A stretch of DNA of 64,000 nucleotides from Candidatus Woesebacteria bacterium RIFCSPLOWO2_01_FULL_39_61. Lineage in GTDB: Bacteria; Patescibacteriota; Microgenomatia; UBA8517. The translations under genes were made by a program, and so were the position numbers. Shown piece by piece: positions 39,427-48,130 of this stretch (position 1 is the first letter of the stretch; every line of letters begins with the position of its first letter). The notes beneath the pieces were generated by a model that saw only the letters and a list, made by a program, of their open reading frames with translations, was not told where the DNA came from and searched no databases. Where the stretch lies: contig MGHI01000026.1 of NCBI GenBank assembly GCA_001793155.1, positions 271-64,270 of the forward strand, given 5' to 3'.

Positions 39427-39505
39427 TCTATTTAGAAGGTAATTTTAGCAATAAACCGCCAAAAATGCGAGTAAGAATTAAAGAAGTCTCAAGGCTTAAA
39501 GAAAA

Positions 39506-40300
39506 TTATTTCTTTCCTTGAAAATACTTATAAGTTTCTATATCTTTGGGAACATATAACTCAATATAAAAACGCGGATCGTTGAATAATTGTGTCAAAA
39601 AGAAATAAAAATTTAATTTTTTTCCTTCCTTCGCCTTGATTGTTTTTTTTGCAAAATCAGCAATAAGAGGTCTTTCAGTCATTTTCTTTCGTACCTCTAG
39701 CCATACATCGTGAAATACAGAATTACCCATCATGTGTTTAATTAACTGCTGATACCAGTGTTCGTTGGTCCTTTGACGTTGCGCATGTTGAAATTGCATA
39801 AGTGTTTTAACCATAAACTCCCTTCGTTCCTTGCTTTCCGTAATATTTTGTGTTTTGTTTTGCGAAAAGTCAGGATCAAAAATAATATCAATTGTATGAG
39901 GAAAATATTTTTCTATTCCTTCCTGTTCTTTTAAAGAAACATTTAATGCCTTATAAAGCTTCTGATTTGCAGAAATAATTCTCCAGGTGTAGTCAAGCGA
40001 TGATGCTGGAAATTCCCAGTTGTTAACTATCGGATCAATCTTTTTTCGGGCCTCTTTTATGTCTTCAGCAGTCGGTAAATAATTTCCTATAACCAGTAAT
40101 TGGTTTTTTTCTTCCTCGGACAAGGTCATTGCGTCAATCAATTTATCGATTAGCTCTCTTGGGGGATTTCCGACCTTGCCTTGTTCTATCCGGGAAAGGC
40201 GCGAGGGTTCCTTCCATCCCAATGCAAATGCGATCTCCAATTGAGAGATGTTTTTCTGAAGCCTTAAATCCTTAATATAACCTCCGAGTGTTGCTGACAT
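39506..40300 (-). CDS. XRE-HTH transcription regulator with MmyB-like PAS ligand-binding domain
   Basis: LGGYIKDLR...SQ.EIA...LSRIEQG; FPASSLDYTWRIISAN; F..VW. Confidence 0.85.
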   Translation of the reverse strand: MSATLGGYIKDLRLQKNISQLEIAFALGWKEPSRLSRIEQGKVGNPPRELIDKLIDAMTLSEEEKNQLLVIGNYLPTAEDIKEARKKIDPIVNNWEFPASSLDYTWRIISANQKLYKALNVSLKEQEGIEKYFPHTIDIIFDPDFSQNKTQNITESKERREFMVKTLMQFQHAQRQRTNEHWYQQLIKHMMGNSVFHDVWLEVRKKMTERPLIADFAKKTIKAKEGKKLNFYFFLTQLFNDPRFYIELYVPKDIETYKYFQGKK

Positions 40301-40437
40301 GATCTTAATCGAAAATTAGATATGCAAATCCATCAATCAAATTATTTTATCAAATGCTATTTGATTTATCAACCATTAAACTATATTAAGTGAGTCAATT
40401 ACTTGACATGATTTATTGTATATGTTATTTTTGGAAA

Positions 40438-40662
40438 ATGAAGAGTAGGCCGGTTATCCTCTACTCAAAGGTAACTGTTAGGGTAAATAACACTGAATAT
40501 ATTTTTAAACTTGTGCGTTCTGACGAAATAAATATTACCCAAGGAAAGATTTCAATCGAAGCGCCCTTGGGAAAAGCACTTTTAAACAAAAGGGCAAAAG
40601 AAAAAGTTTGGGTAAAAACGCCAATCGGAAAAACAAAATATCAAATTATTGCAATTGATTAG
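40438..40662 (+). CDS. GreA/GreB C-terminal-domain-only protein
   Basis: LV..DE.NI..GKISIEAPLGKALL...V.TP.G..Y.II.I; lacks the N-terminal coiled coil. Confidence 0.8.
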   Translation: MKSRPVILYSKVTVRVNNTEYIFKLVRSDEINITQGKISIEAPLGKALLNKRAKEKVWVKTPIGKTKYQIIAID

Positions 40663-40817
40663 TACTTTAAACAAATAAATCGATTTTTTAAGAAAACCGC
40701 GAAGATTTTACGGTTGTTTTAAGAAATTGAACCATTATTCGCTCTTTGACAAATAAATAATAATAAGTTGAAGAGCCTGCACACTATTTGTATCAACCTT
40801 CGTGATATTATGGGTAT

Positions 40818-41510
40818 ATGAATATAAAACTTTTCGATAAAAAATACTTTCTGACTTTTCTTGCAGCTGTGGTTGTGATTGTACTTTCTGTCGTAATCAC
40901 ACAAGACCTTGGTTCGTTAAAAAATAAACCAGAAATTTCATCAGCACAAAAATCACTTTCAGTTGAAGAAAATGTTCAGGTGAATAAAAATGACCCAGAA
41001 TCGCCCAACTTTTATACTGAAACACGAATTTACAAGAGTCCTGCAGTTACTGGAGTAGATAATAAAAAGAGAGCATTTACATTACATCTACCGGAAGGTT
41101 GGAGCATTGAAAAAGAAAATACTGATAGTGGGTTCTACATTTCTTTCAAAAAAGATAACTCGATGATAATTATAAGCGAGTATGGAGAAGGTGGAAATTG
41201 TATCTTCCCTGAACATGAAAGTATCGGTGAATTCGGATATGTCCGGATGGACAACTATAAAAATATTGAAACAAGCTTTGGAACTTATAGAATAGGCAAA
41301 AGATATGAAGCACGTTACAATGATGTTTTTTTCAATCTATGCAGAAAAGTAATTACTAAAGATCCGTACACTGATTCGCCATGGCATTTCGGCACACAAA
41401 TTGGTTATATAAATTACAGTACGAAAATTGAAGACGGTAAAAATTACGATCCCGAGATAGTCCAAGAAATGGAAAACATCATCAAAAATATTCAAGTGAT
41501 AGAAAAGTAA
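40818..41510 (+). CDS. Secreted/membrane-anchored hypothetical protein
   Basis: N-terminal TM, F.LHLPEGWS, terminal IIKNI. Confidence 0.7.
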   Translation: MNIKLFDKKYFLTFLAAVVVIVLSVVITQDLGSLKNKPEISSAQKSLSVEENVQVNKNDPESPNFYTETRIYKSPAVTGVDNKKRAFTLHLPEGWSIEKENTDSGFYISFKKDNSMIIISEYGEGGNCIFPEHESIGEFGYVRMDNYKNIETSFGTYRIGKRYEARYNDVFFNLCRKVITKDPYTDSPWHFGTQIGYINYSTKIEDGKNYDPEIVQEMENIIKNIQVIEK

Positions 41511-41580
41511 TATTTTTAGGTAAACTCTCCTTTCCCCTCATTTTTACCTATACAACAGCATTCTTCTTATAAATATTGTT

Positions 41581-41755
41581 GTATGGGCAAAAACCCATAA
41601 GCTCTTTAACAAGTGAAGATTGTGTGTAAATAAGTTGTAAGAAGTTGGAAGTAAGCAGTAAGAAAAGAATAAATCTAAAGTTCACAAACCAAAAGGGGGT
41701 TTGCTGTGAACGCAAAACCAGGTAGTCAATTACAACTGAATACTTCAGGGGGCAA
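41581..41755 (+). ncRNA. Conserved boxA-containing structured leader, copy 1
   Basis: Blocks shared with 43223-43361: GTATGGGC, GCTCTTTAACAAGT.AAGATTGTGTGT, GTTCACAAACCAAA..TGCTGTG.AC, TTACAACTGAATA.TTCAGGG. Confidence 0.55.
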
Positions 41756-41925
41756 GAAAACACTACGGTCAGTTTTCCATTCTTACGCCGCAAAGCGGCA
41801 AGGAGAGAATAAAATGATAGTCTTTAGAAGAAGGTTCAAGATTTGGTTTTTCTAACAATCTTGACATCTGAAGTACTGATAACCCTCTTACGAATGGGAA
41901 GCATAGTTACATAATAATATATAAT

Positions 41926-43152
41926 ATGAAGCAGATTATGAAAAAAACAGAAAATACGAAGTCAAAAATACTCTACAAGAAGAAATTTTTTTTATTGGTT
42001 ATTCTAACTGTATTTGTATTTGGGGGGCTGGTCATTTTTAGATTTGGTAGGGGCGAGCAGAGACAGGAATTTCCTCTTCAAGTAGTCAACGAAGCAATCC
42101 TAACAGGAAATTGCACAGAAACTACCGATTGTGTTTTGACACTTTTATCTCCGAATGGAGCAACAAAGGAGCTAGAAAACGTTTTTTCTTTTAAGAAAGA
42201 TACACCTGTTTATTTACTTCCGAATGGGAAAACTTTGGTTTATTTATCGGAAAATGAGGGGGTTGGCATTGTGGATATTTTAAATAAAAGAAGAATCTTA
42301 ATTCCCAATACTCAGCAGGCAAAGTTATTGCAAAGGTACTCAGACAGTTTTTGGATTGATAATGAAAATCAAGTTGAACTTTATGATTTAGAAGGTAAAC
42401 AAAAAGTATCTATCAAGAAAAACTTATTACCTAATTACGAAGAGAGCAAAGACTTTAGACCACCATCATTAAGTCCTTTATATTCAAATAAAAAGATTCT
42501 TGCTATAACTGGAGCTAAAGGCGAAGGCTTCAGCACAACTACTCTTTGGGAAGTATTCTCTGAAAAAAGATCAACTAAACTTAAAAGTAAGGACACTTTT
42601 ATGAATGCCTGCGGCGATGAGGAATGTGTTTCTAATGAAATTTACTTTTTAAACACACAGGCCGGATATCTAGTAATTGTAAACCACAACGATCGCTCGA
42701 CATCTTGGACAGAGGTGTATAAATTATTTCCAGATGCTAGTAGGGAAAGTTTCGCACTTAACGAACTTGTTAACTCTTCACTATCTCCTTGGGATGGCGT
42801 AATTTTATCTAACGACGACAATAAATTGTATTACGTGCAAAATGGTGTAATTAATGCGGGAGATGGGATCAGTAATTCAAGAAATTTTATATATGAATAT
42901 AACCTTGAGAGTGGAAAGCTTAAAACAATCCTTGAATTCGAACTACCTTCAGGTGGAAGCAATTACTTCAGTCCATTAACCCTCTCGCCAACTGGAAGTT
43001 ATATGCTACTTAACGATTCTCGCCCCGATGAAAAGGATATCCGTCATAATTTCTATACTATACTAGTGATAAATGATGGTGAATTAAAAAGTAACTTAGA
43101 CCCACTTCTTGAAGGGAAGAAAATCATCGGATGGGTAAATACCGAAGACTGA
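41926..43152 (+). CDS. Membrane-anchored beta-propeller-like hypothetical protein
   Basis: TM, LPNGKTLVY, LSNDDNKLYY, LSPTGSYML, terminal IIGW. Confidence 0.7.
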   Translation: MKQIMKKTENTKSKILYKKKFFLLVILTVFVFGGLVIFRFGRGEQRQEFPLQVVNEAILTGNCTETTDCVLTLLSPNGATKELENVFSFKKDTPVYLLPNGKTLVYLSENEGVGIVDILNKRRILIPNTQQAKLLQRYSDSFWIDNENQVELYDLEGKQKVSIKKNLLPNYEESKDFRPPSLSPLYSNKKILAITGAKGEGFSTTTLWEVFSEKRSTKLKSKDTFMNACGDEECVSNEIYFLNTQAGYLVIVNHNDRSTSWTEVYKLFPDASRESFALNELVNSSLSPWDGVILSNDDNKLYYVQNGVINAGDGISNSRNFIYEYNLESGKLKTILEFELPSGGSNYFSPLTLSPTGSYMLLNDSRPDEKDIRHNFYTILVINDGELKSNLDPLLEGKKIIGWVNTED

Positions 43153-43222
43153 GAATAACGGTCTCCAATTAACTGGCGATATAATCAGCCTATGCGTAAG
43201 TGTCTTATCTAAAGATATTTAC

Positions 43223-43361
43223 GTATGGGCTAAATAAGTCCATAAAGCTCTTTAACAAGTAAAGATTGTGTGTTGAAAAAATGTTCACAAACCAAATGGA
43301 GGTGTGCTGTGGACAGAAAAGGTAAGATCCAAAACTTACAACTGAATATTTCAGGGAGTAA
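43223..43361 (+). ncRNA. Conserved boxA-containing structured leader, copy 2
   Basis: Homologous to 41581-41755; lies upstream of RBS AGGAG and ATG 43414. Confidence 0.55.
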
Positions 43362-43413
43362 CGAGAATCAAGATTTCACCAACCAGAGTTCTAGATACAA
43401 AAGGAGAACTTCG

Positions 43414-46400
43414 ATGTTTAAGAAAGTCACGCACGTTGTAATTTCGATGGTGTTGATACTGCTTTTCTTTCCGCACGACACCAACAGAGTGCAGGCAGCT
43501 CAGACTATCCGTCTGCCTTTTCCACCACTTTATAGCTACAACCCAGCAAATGGTTCTTTTAGCCAAAACAGAGTTCCAATTACAGATGCTTGCCAAGATG
43601 GACAGGGCGCAGCTGGAACTCACATCGAGCACACCCGTAATGCTAGGTTTGCGGTTGATTTCGGAATGAGAACTGGAACTCCTGTTTACGCTCCTGTTTC
43701 GGGAGACGTCGTCTATGCTGCTTATACAGCCGGTTACGGTCTACTAATGCGTATTAGAGAAAGTAGCGAACGGGAACATTACTTGGCTCATCTCTCAAAG
43801 TTCTATGTAACGAGTGGGCGTGTCAACCAAGGTGATCTTGTAGCTCTATCTGGTGAGACAGGAAAAGGTCCTGCACATCTACACTACCATGTTCAAAAAC
43901 CAGGCGGCGGTACCGCTATTCAAGACGCGGACGATGTTCGTGATGAGCTACCAGGAATTAACTGGATCGATTCTAGCGACTACTGTAATCAAGGTGGTGC
44001 GATCGATGGGACAGCTCATGCATCACCACTCCCAAATGGCGGTTCTCCAGCCAATAATTGTGCCGAGTTTTACAACCAAGGGCGTCCCGGTGTATGGGGA
44101 TTTGACGCTCCGAACTGCCAGGGCAACGTTGTTTTTGGTTCCCTATCTGACGGGACAAATTTCAACTTGGCACAGAATAATGTCAATGATCGTTTGCGAT
44201 CTATTTCTGCACGACCAAATCTGCATTTCTGGCTCTACGCCCACACAGACAGCGAATCCTTGAAGCACTGCCATGAAAAGGATATGTGGAATCTGGATAC
44301 AGACAACTATAACTTCACAACAACTGATATGATAGGTTGGGATTCAGATTACGACAAGCAAAATGTCGGTGGCGGAGAGTTAGTTAGTACTGGCTACAAC
44401 ATGGTCTCCCGTCTAAGGGTCGTAACCGAAGCGTGTCCCCAGAATCAAGGTAGCAGAGTGCAGGCTTACGAAATAAGCACTGGCTACGGAATAGGCGGCG
44501 GAGGCGATATTACTTCTCCTGAAACTTCTGCTTCCTTTATAGGAACTGAGGGCAATAATAACTGGTATGTTTCGCCGGTTACGGTTGTTCTCTCTGCCTA
44601 TGATGAATTTGATGTGGCACATACTTACTACCGTATTAATGGCGGAAACATCACTGAGGGAACAAGCTTCTCTCTCGATGTAGAAGGAATCTACGCTGTA
44701 GAATTCTGGTCAGAAGACTCGAGTGGTAATGTAGAATCCACAAAATCCGTCCCAGTTAAGATTGACTGGACACCTCCGGAAACCACCTGTGAAGTTTTAG
44801 GTTCTCGCGACATGCTCGGAATTTTCCGCAGCCCCGTTGACAACACATGTTCGGCAACGGATAACTTATCCGGACCGGACTACACGGAATACTCGTTCGA
44901 CAACGGCAACACCTGGAACCTTTATGGTGGAGTTTTCACCTTAAGTGATAACGGCGTCTACGAGTATCTTTTCCGAAGTGTTGACATTGCCGGAAACGTT
45001 GAAGATGCAAAACCCTCCGGGGTTATCGACATCAAGCGCTTTGTCATCTTGACGAATTCGCTGACAAGTAACAGCGCAACCACCCTCCAGACTTTGGGAG
45101 TGGCCCACACAAATGGGAATGCGGGTTTTACTAATAACAATACAGTCCACCTGCAAACCCTTGAGTACTTAGGCCAGTTTACCCAATCGGGTAATGTGTC
45201 TTTCACCATCGATAACCTGGTTCAATCAAGTCAAGTGGAAACTTTACCGCTCTATCCTTTAAGTTTCTACAGAGATGTCTGCACGTTCATACCAGGACCG
45301 ATCATTGACCGTTCCACATCTCGAACTTACAACGAATGTTGGTATGTAGACGGCGACATTACTCTGGAAACTACGGGTTCAACTGGAAATCTCACGATTA
45401 TCAGTGAAGGAGTAATTTACGATAGAAGCACCAATTCGCATCTATCAGCCTGGGATACTACTAATGGAATCCTTTACTACGCTCGCCGAGGATATGTAAC
45501 CGAGTCGGGAGGAGCCGTCTATAACGGGGTTATTTACGCTCCGTACTCAAGTGTAAGCGGTCCGTTTACCAACTCAACACTCTCTGGTGGAATATTTGCC
45601 AACAACCTGAGTTTGAGCGCCGGTACGAGTTTGAGTGCCCAGCAGGCTGCCGGTTTCCCCCCGTCGACCTATCCTCTACCGCTTATCGCTGTCGAGCAAC
45701 CTGTACCTAACATTATCTATGTTAGCTCGATGGGCGGCGGAACTGTCGGTGGAATTGCGACAGCTGACGAGGACATCCTAACCTATAACCGCGAGCAGGG
45801 TAGCTACGCAATGTTCATCGACGGATCGGATATAGGACTTTCCTATACGGATATTGACGCCTTCTTTGCGTTACCAGATGGGACCTTCCTGATGAGCTTT
45901 GATTCGAGCATAAGTGTCAGTCCTTTGGGAACTGTCTATTATGCCGACATCGTCCGCTTTACCCCAACCTCGCTCGGATCTACCACCGCGGGTACTTTTG
46001 AATGGTACTTTGACGGATCAGACGTTGGTCTTACAACAAGCGACGAGGATATTGATGCAATCGGCTTTACTCCCCACGGTAAACTCGTAGTCAGCACCTT
46101 AGGCTACGTAAGCGTCACTGGTGTTTCCGGTAACGACGAAGACTTAATCGTCTTTACGCCAACCAGTTTGGGAGCAAACACCGCAGGAACCTGGGCTTGG
46201 TACTTTGACGGATCAGACGTCGGCTTGAATGAATCCTCTTACGAGGATATCAACGGCATCTGGATTGACCCAGTCACCGGACAAATCTACCTAACTACGG
46301 TAGGATCCTTTAGCGTTAGCGGCTTAAGTGGCGACGGAGCGGATATTTTTATCTGTACACCCAGTTCTTTGGGATCAACCACTGCCTGTACTTACGGCCC

Positions 46401-46473
46401 GGGACTTTACTGGGACGGATCGAAGAACGGCTTTTCCGGAAAAGTTCTCGACAGCGTCGTAGTTCAAAAGTAA
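43414..46473 (+). CDS. Modular secreted M23 peptidase (M23, crystallin-like, two OmpL47-type Ig, beta-rich domain, DGSDVGL repeats)
   Basis: H...AVDFG..GTPVYAP..G, YLAHLS, SGETG..PAHLHY; D.T.PET / S.D..GNVE Ig motifs; [YF][FIW]DGS repeats; start at 43414 after RBS. Confidence 0.85.
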   Translation: MFKKVTHVVISMVLILLFFPHDTNRVQAAQTIRLPFPPLYSYNPANGSFSQNRVPITDACQDGQGAAGTHIEHTRNARFAVDFGMRTGTPVYAPVSGDVVYAAYTAGYGLLMRIRESSEREHYLAHLSKFYVTSGRVNQGDLVALSGETGKGPAHLHYHVQKPGGGTAIQDADDVRDELPGINWIDSSDYCNQGGAIDGTAHASPLPNGGSPANNCAEFYNQGRPGVWGFDAPNCQGNVVFGSLSDGTNFNLAQNNVNDRLRSISARPNLHFWLYAHTDSESLKHCHEKDMWNLDTDNYNFTTTDMIGWDSDYDKQNVGGGELVSTGYNMVSRLRVVTEACPQNQGSRVQAYEISTGYGIGGGGDITSPETSASFIGTEGNNNWYVSPVTVVLSAYDEFDVAHTYYRINGGNITEGTSFSLDVEGIYAVEFWSEDSSGNVESTKSVPVKIDWTPPETTCEVLGSRDMLGIFRSPVDNTCSATDNLSGPDYTEYSFDNGNTWNLYGGVFTLSDNGVYEYLFRSVDIAGNVEDAKPSGVIDIKRFVILTNSLTSNSATTLQTLGVAHTNGNAGFTNNNTVHLQTLEYLGQFTQSGNVSFTIDNLVQSSQVETLPLYPLSFYRDVCTFIPGPIIDRSTSRTYNECWYVDGDITLETTGSTGNLTIISEGVIYDRSTNSHLSAWDTTNGILYYARRGYVTESGGAVYNGVIYAPYSSVSGPFTNSTLSGGIFANNLSLSAGTSLSAQQAAGFPPSTYPLPLIAVEQPVPNIIYVSSMGGGTVGGIATADEDILTYNREQGSYAMFIDGSDIGLSYTDIDAFFALPDGTFLMSFDSSISVSPLGTVYYADIVRFTPTSLGSTTAGTFEWYFDGSDVGLTTSDEDIDAIGFTPHGKLVVSTLGYVSVTGVSGNDEDLIVFTPTSLGANTAGTWAWYFDGSDVGLNESSYEDINGIWIDPVTGQIYLTTVGSFSVSGLSGDGADIFICTPSSLGSTTACTYGPGLYWDGSKNGFSGKVLDSVVVQK

Positions 46474-46505
46474 ATAAATCACACACAATCTAACTTGTAG
46501 AGAAA

Positions 46506-46592
46506 GGGTGGGTTCTATCCTTGTAGACCATATAATGTCTCAGCGACATTCTTAAGGTATACAAAAAAGATAGAGCCCACCGAATTTTTTTT
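46506..46592 (+). terminator. Long imperfect stem-loop with T tract
   Basis: GGTGGGTTCTATC...GATAGAGCCCACC with nested AATGTC/GACATT, followed by T9. Confidence 0.6.
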
Positions 46593-46618
46593 ATTTTTTC
46601 TCCGAAGTCCTCAATTTT

Positions 46619-47077
46619 TTATTTCGTGAAGGTAACCGTTCTTGTTTCGCCCGAAGCTGAGGCTACTAATCTTCCATTTGCGTCTACCATAATGAGATAA
46701 TCCTCGCTAGTCTTTGTTTTCGGATCTGTAGGAATTTCGGCCATATATTCGGGAACTATTGTTTCGCCCGTCTCTCCTGCACTGGCCAGATCAAAACACC
46801 CAAAACTCGATCCAATACAGGTTAATGACGTCGGAAAGTTACTGGTCAGGGGATCTCCGTCCGTATCCGGTAAATCACCGCTATGCTCCGAGGTGTATTG
46901 ATAGATTGCACCCAAAATCGCGAGAATGTCGGTTTCTCTTTGAGTATCTCTGGCTTTGGCCAATTGCCTTCCCGGATTAATAACTACAACAAGGACTGTC
47001 GATAAAATACCTATAATAGCAATAACCAAAAGCAGTTCAAAAAGTGTAAAACCTTCAATAATTTTTGTTTTCATCAC
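46619..47077 (-). CDS. Type IV pilin / GspG-like
   Basis: GFTLFELLLVIAIIGIL, KARD.QR, IPTDP. Confidence 0.9.
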   Translation of the reverse strand: MMKTKIIEGFTLFELLLVIAIIGILSTVLVVVINPGRQLAKARDTQRETDILAILGAIYQYTSEHSGDLPDTDGDPLTSNFPTSLTCIGSSFGCFDLASAGETGETIVPEYMAEIPTDPKTKTSEDYLIMVDANGRLVASASGETRTVTFTK

Positions 47078-47313
47078 TAATTAATAACAAGGGGTGTGCT
47101 TTGTCGGTTAAAAACCCAGCTGTAAGCCTCGTCTAATTTATCCTTATTGATTTTCGATCCGGATTCCAGTGCGCTCTGATCTATCTCGTATGCAGTTATA
47201 TACGACGAAAAAACTGTCCTAAAGGACATAATGACAAGTACCGACATTAAGACCAAAACAAGTGTCAGAACCAAATAAAATTTATCTAGTTTGCCCCAAT
47301 CTATCGACGACAT
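47077..47313 (-). CDS. Small single-TM pilus-locus protein
   Basis: Translationally coupled in the pil operon. Confidence 0.65.
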   Translation of the reverse strand: MSSIDWGKLDKFYLVLTLVLVLMSVLVIMSFRTVFSSYITAYEIDQSALESGSKINKDKLDEAYSWVFNRQSTPLVIN

Positions 47314-48112
47314 ACAAAAATACTCCGTATTTAAAGTCTATCACAGACGGATCCTCAGAATCCGTTTTAACTTCGATTACCGCGGATCTATAGAGAAAAG
47401 GAAGTTTTTCAAGATCTTCCAAATCCTGGCCTATCGCTTCCCATGATCCTTTCATCTCGATAACTATTGGCACACCAAAGTTATCTGTCCTGTCCTGAAT
47501 TGCTTTCTGACTGGTAAAGGTTACCTTCACTATACTTCGACCTTTAGCTCTGATTTTTTCCACTTCATTGACAAAGTTAACGACTCCCGATTCGTCCAAA
47601 AATAATCCTTTTAGAGTATCGGCTTTATTCTTGCTCAATTCAATTTCTGAAGTTTCTAAAGTAGCTTGTGGTCCTTCAATCAAACTTTGATTTCTTAAGC
47701 CTTTGAGATCTTGAGCTTTTTGGGGGAACCTGGTCAATATAATAATCAAAAATACTATGGTTATTAAATTTATAACCCCTAAAATTACATCCTTTGAGGT
47801 AAAGGGTAATTTAGATTTTTCTCCACCTTCAAATACCTCTGGGCTTGTTTCTAAATCTTTACCTTTCACCTCAGGCTCTGCATCTTTCTTTCTTTCTTCT
47901 TTTGCTGGGAGTTTATTCTCTTTGTCTACAGGAACGGGGGATTGATTTACAGTAGGTTTAGGTTCTGGCTTCCGTGCCGGTTTAGATTCCTCAACCGTTT
48001 CCGGAGGCAGTTCCTTCATTTCAGTTAAATACTTTCCCACTTCCGGTTTTTTGATTTCCTCACTTGCCGTCGACAATTCTTTATTGATCTCTGAGCTAGG
48101 TTTTTTAATCAT
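47282..48112 (-). CDS. PilO-like assembly protein
   Basis: TM, IEMKGSW...LEKLPF; follows pilM/N. Confidence 0.6.
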   Translation of the reverse strand: MIKKPSSEINKELSTASEEIKKPEVGKYLTEMKELPPETVEESKPARKPEPKPTVNQSPVPVDKENKLPAKEERKKDAEPEVKGKDLETSPEVFEGGEKSKLPFTSKDVILGVINLITIVFLIIILTRFPQKAQDLKGLRNQSLIEGPQATLETSEIELSKNKADTLKGLFLDESGVVNFVNEVEKIRAKGRSIVKVTFTSQKAIQDRTDNFGVPIVIEMKGSWEAIGQDLEDLEKLPFLYRSAVIEVKTDSEDPSVIDFKYGVFLYVVDRLGQTR

Positions 48113-48130
48113 TTTAGAAAATAGGCTGGT

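Noticed and set aside
41581-41755. c-di-GMP-I riboswitch (GGGCAAA...ACGCAAA)
   Set aside because: Spacing and GNRA/receptor elements do not fit, and copy 2 lacks these motifs
43270-43413. N-terminal 48-aa extension of the M23 protein
   Set aside because: Overlaps the conserved non-coding leader; RBS and signal peptide support ATG 43414
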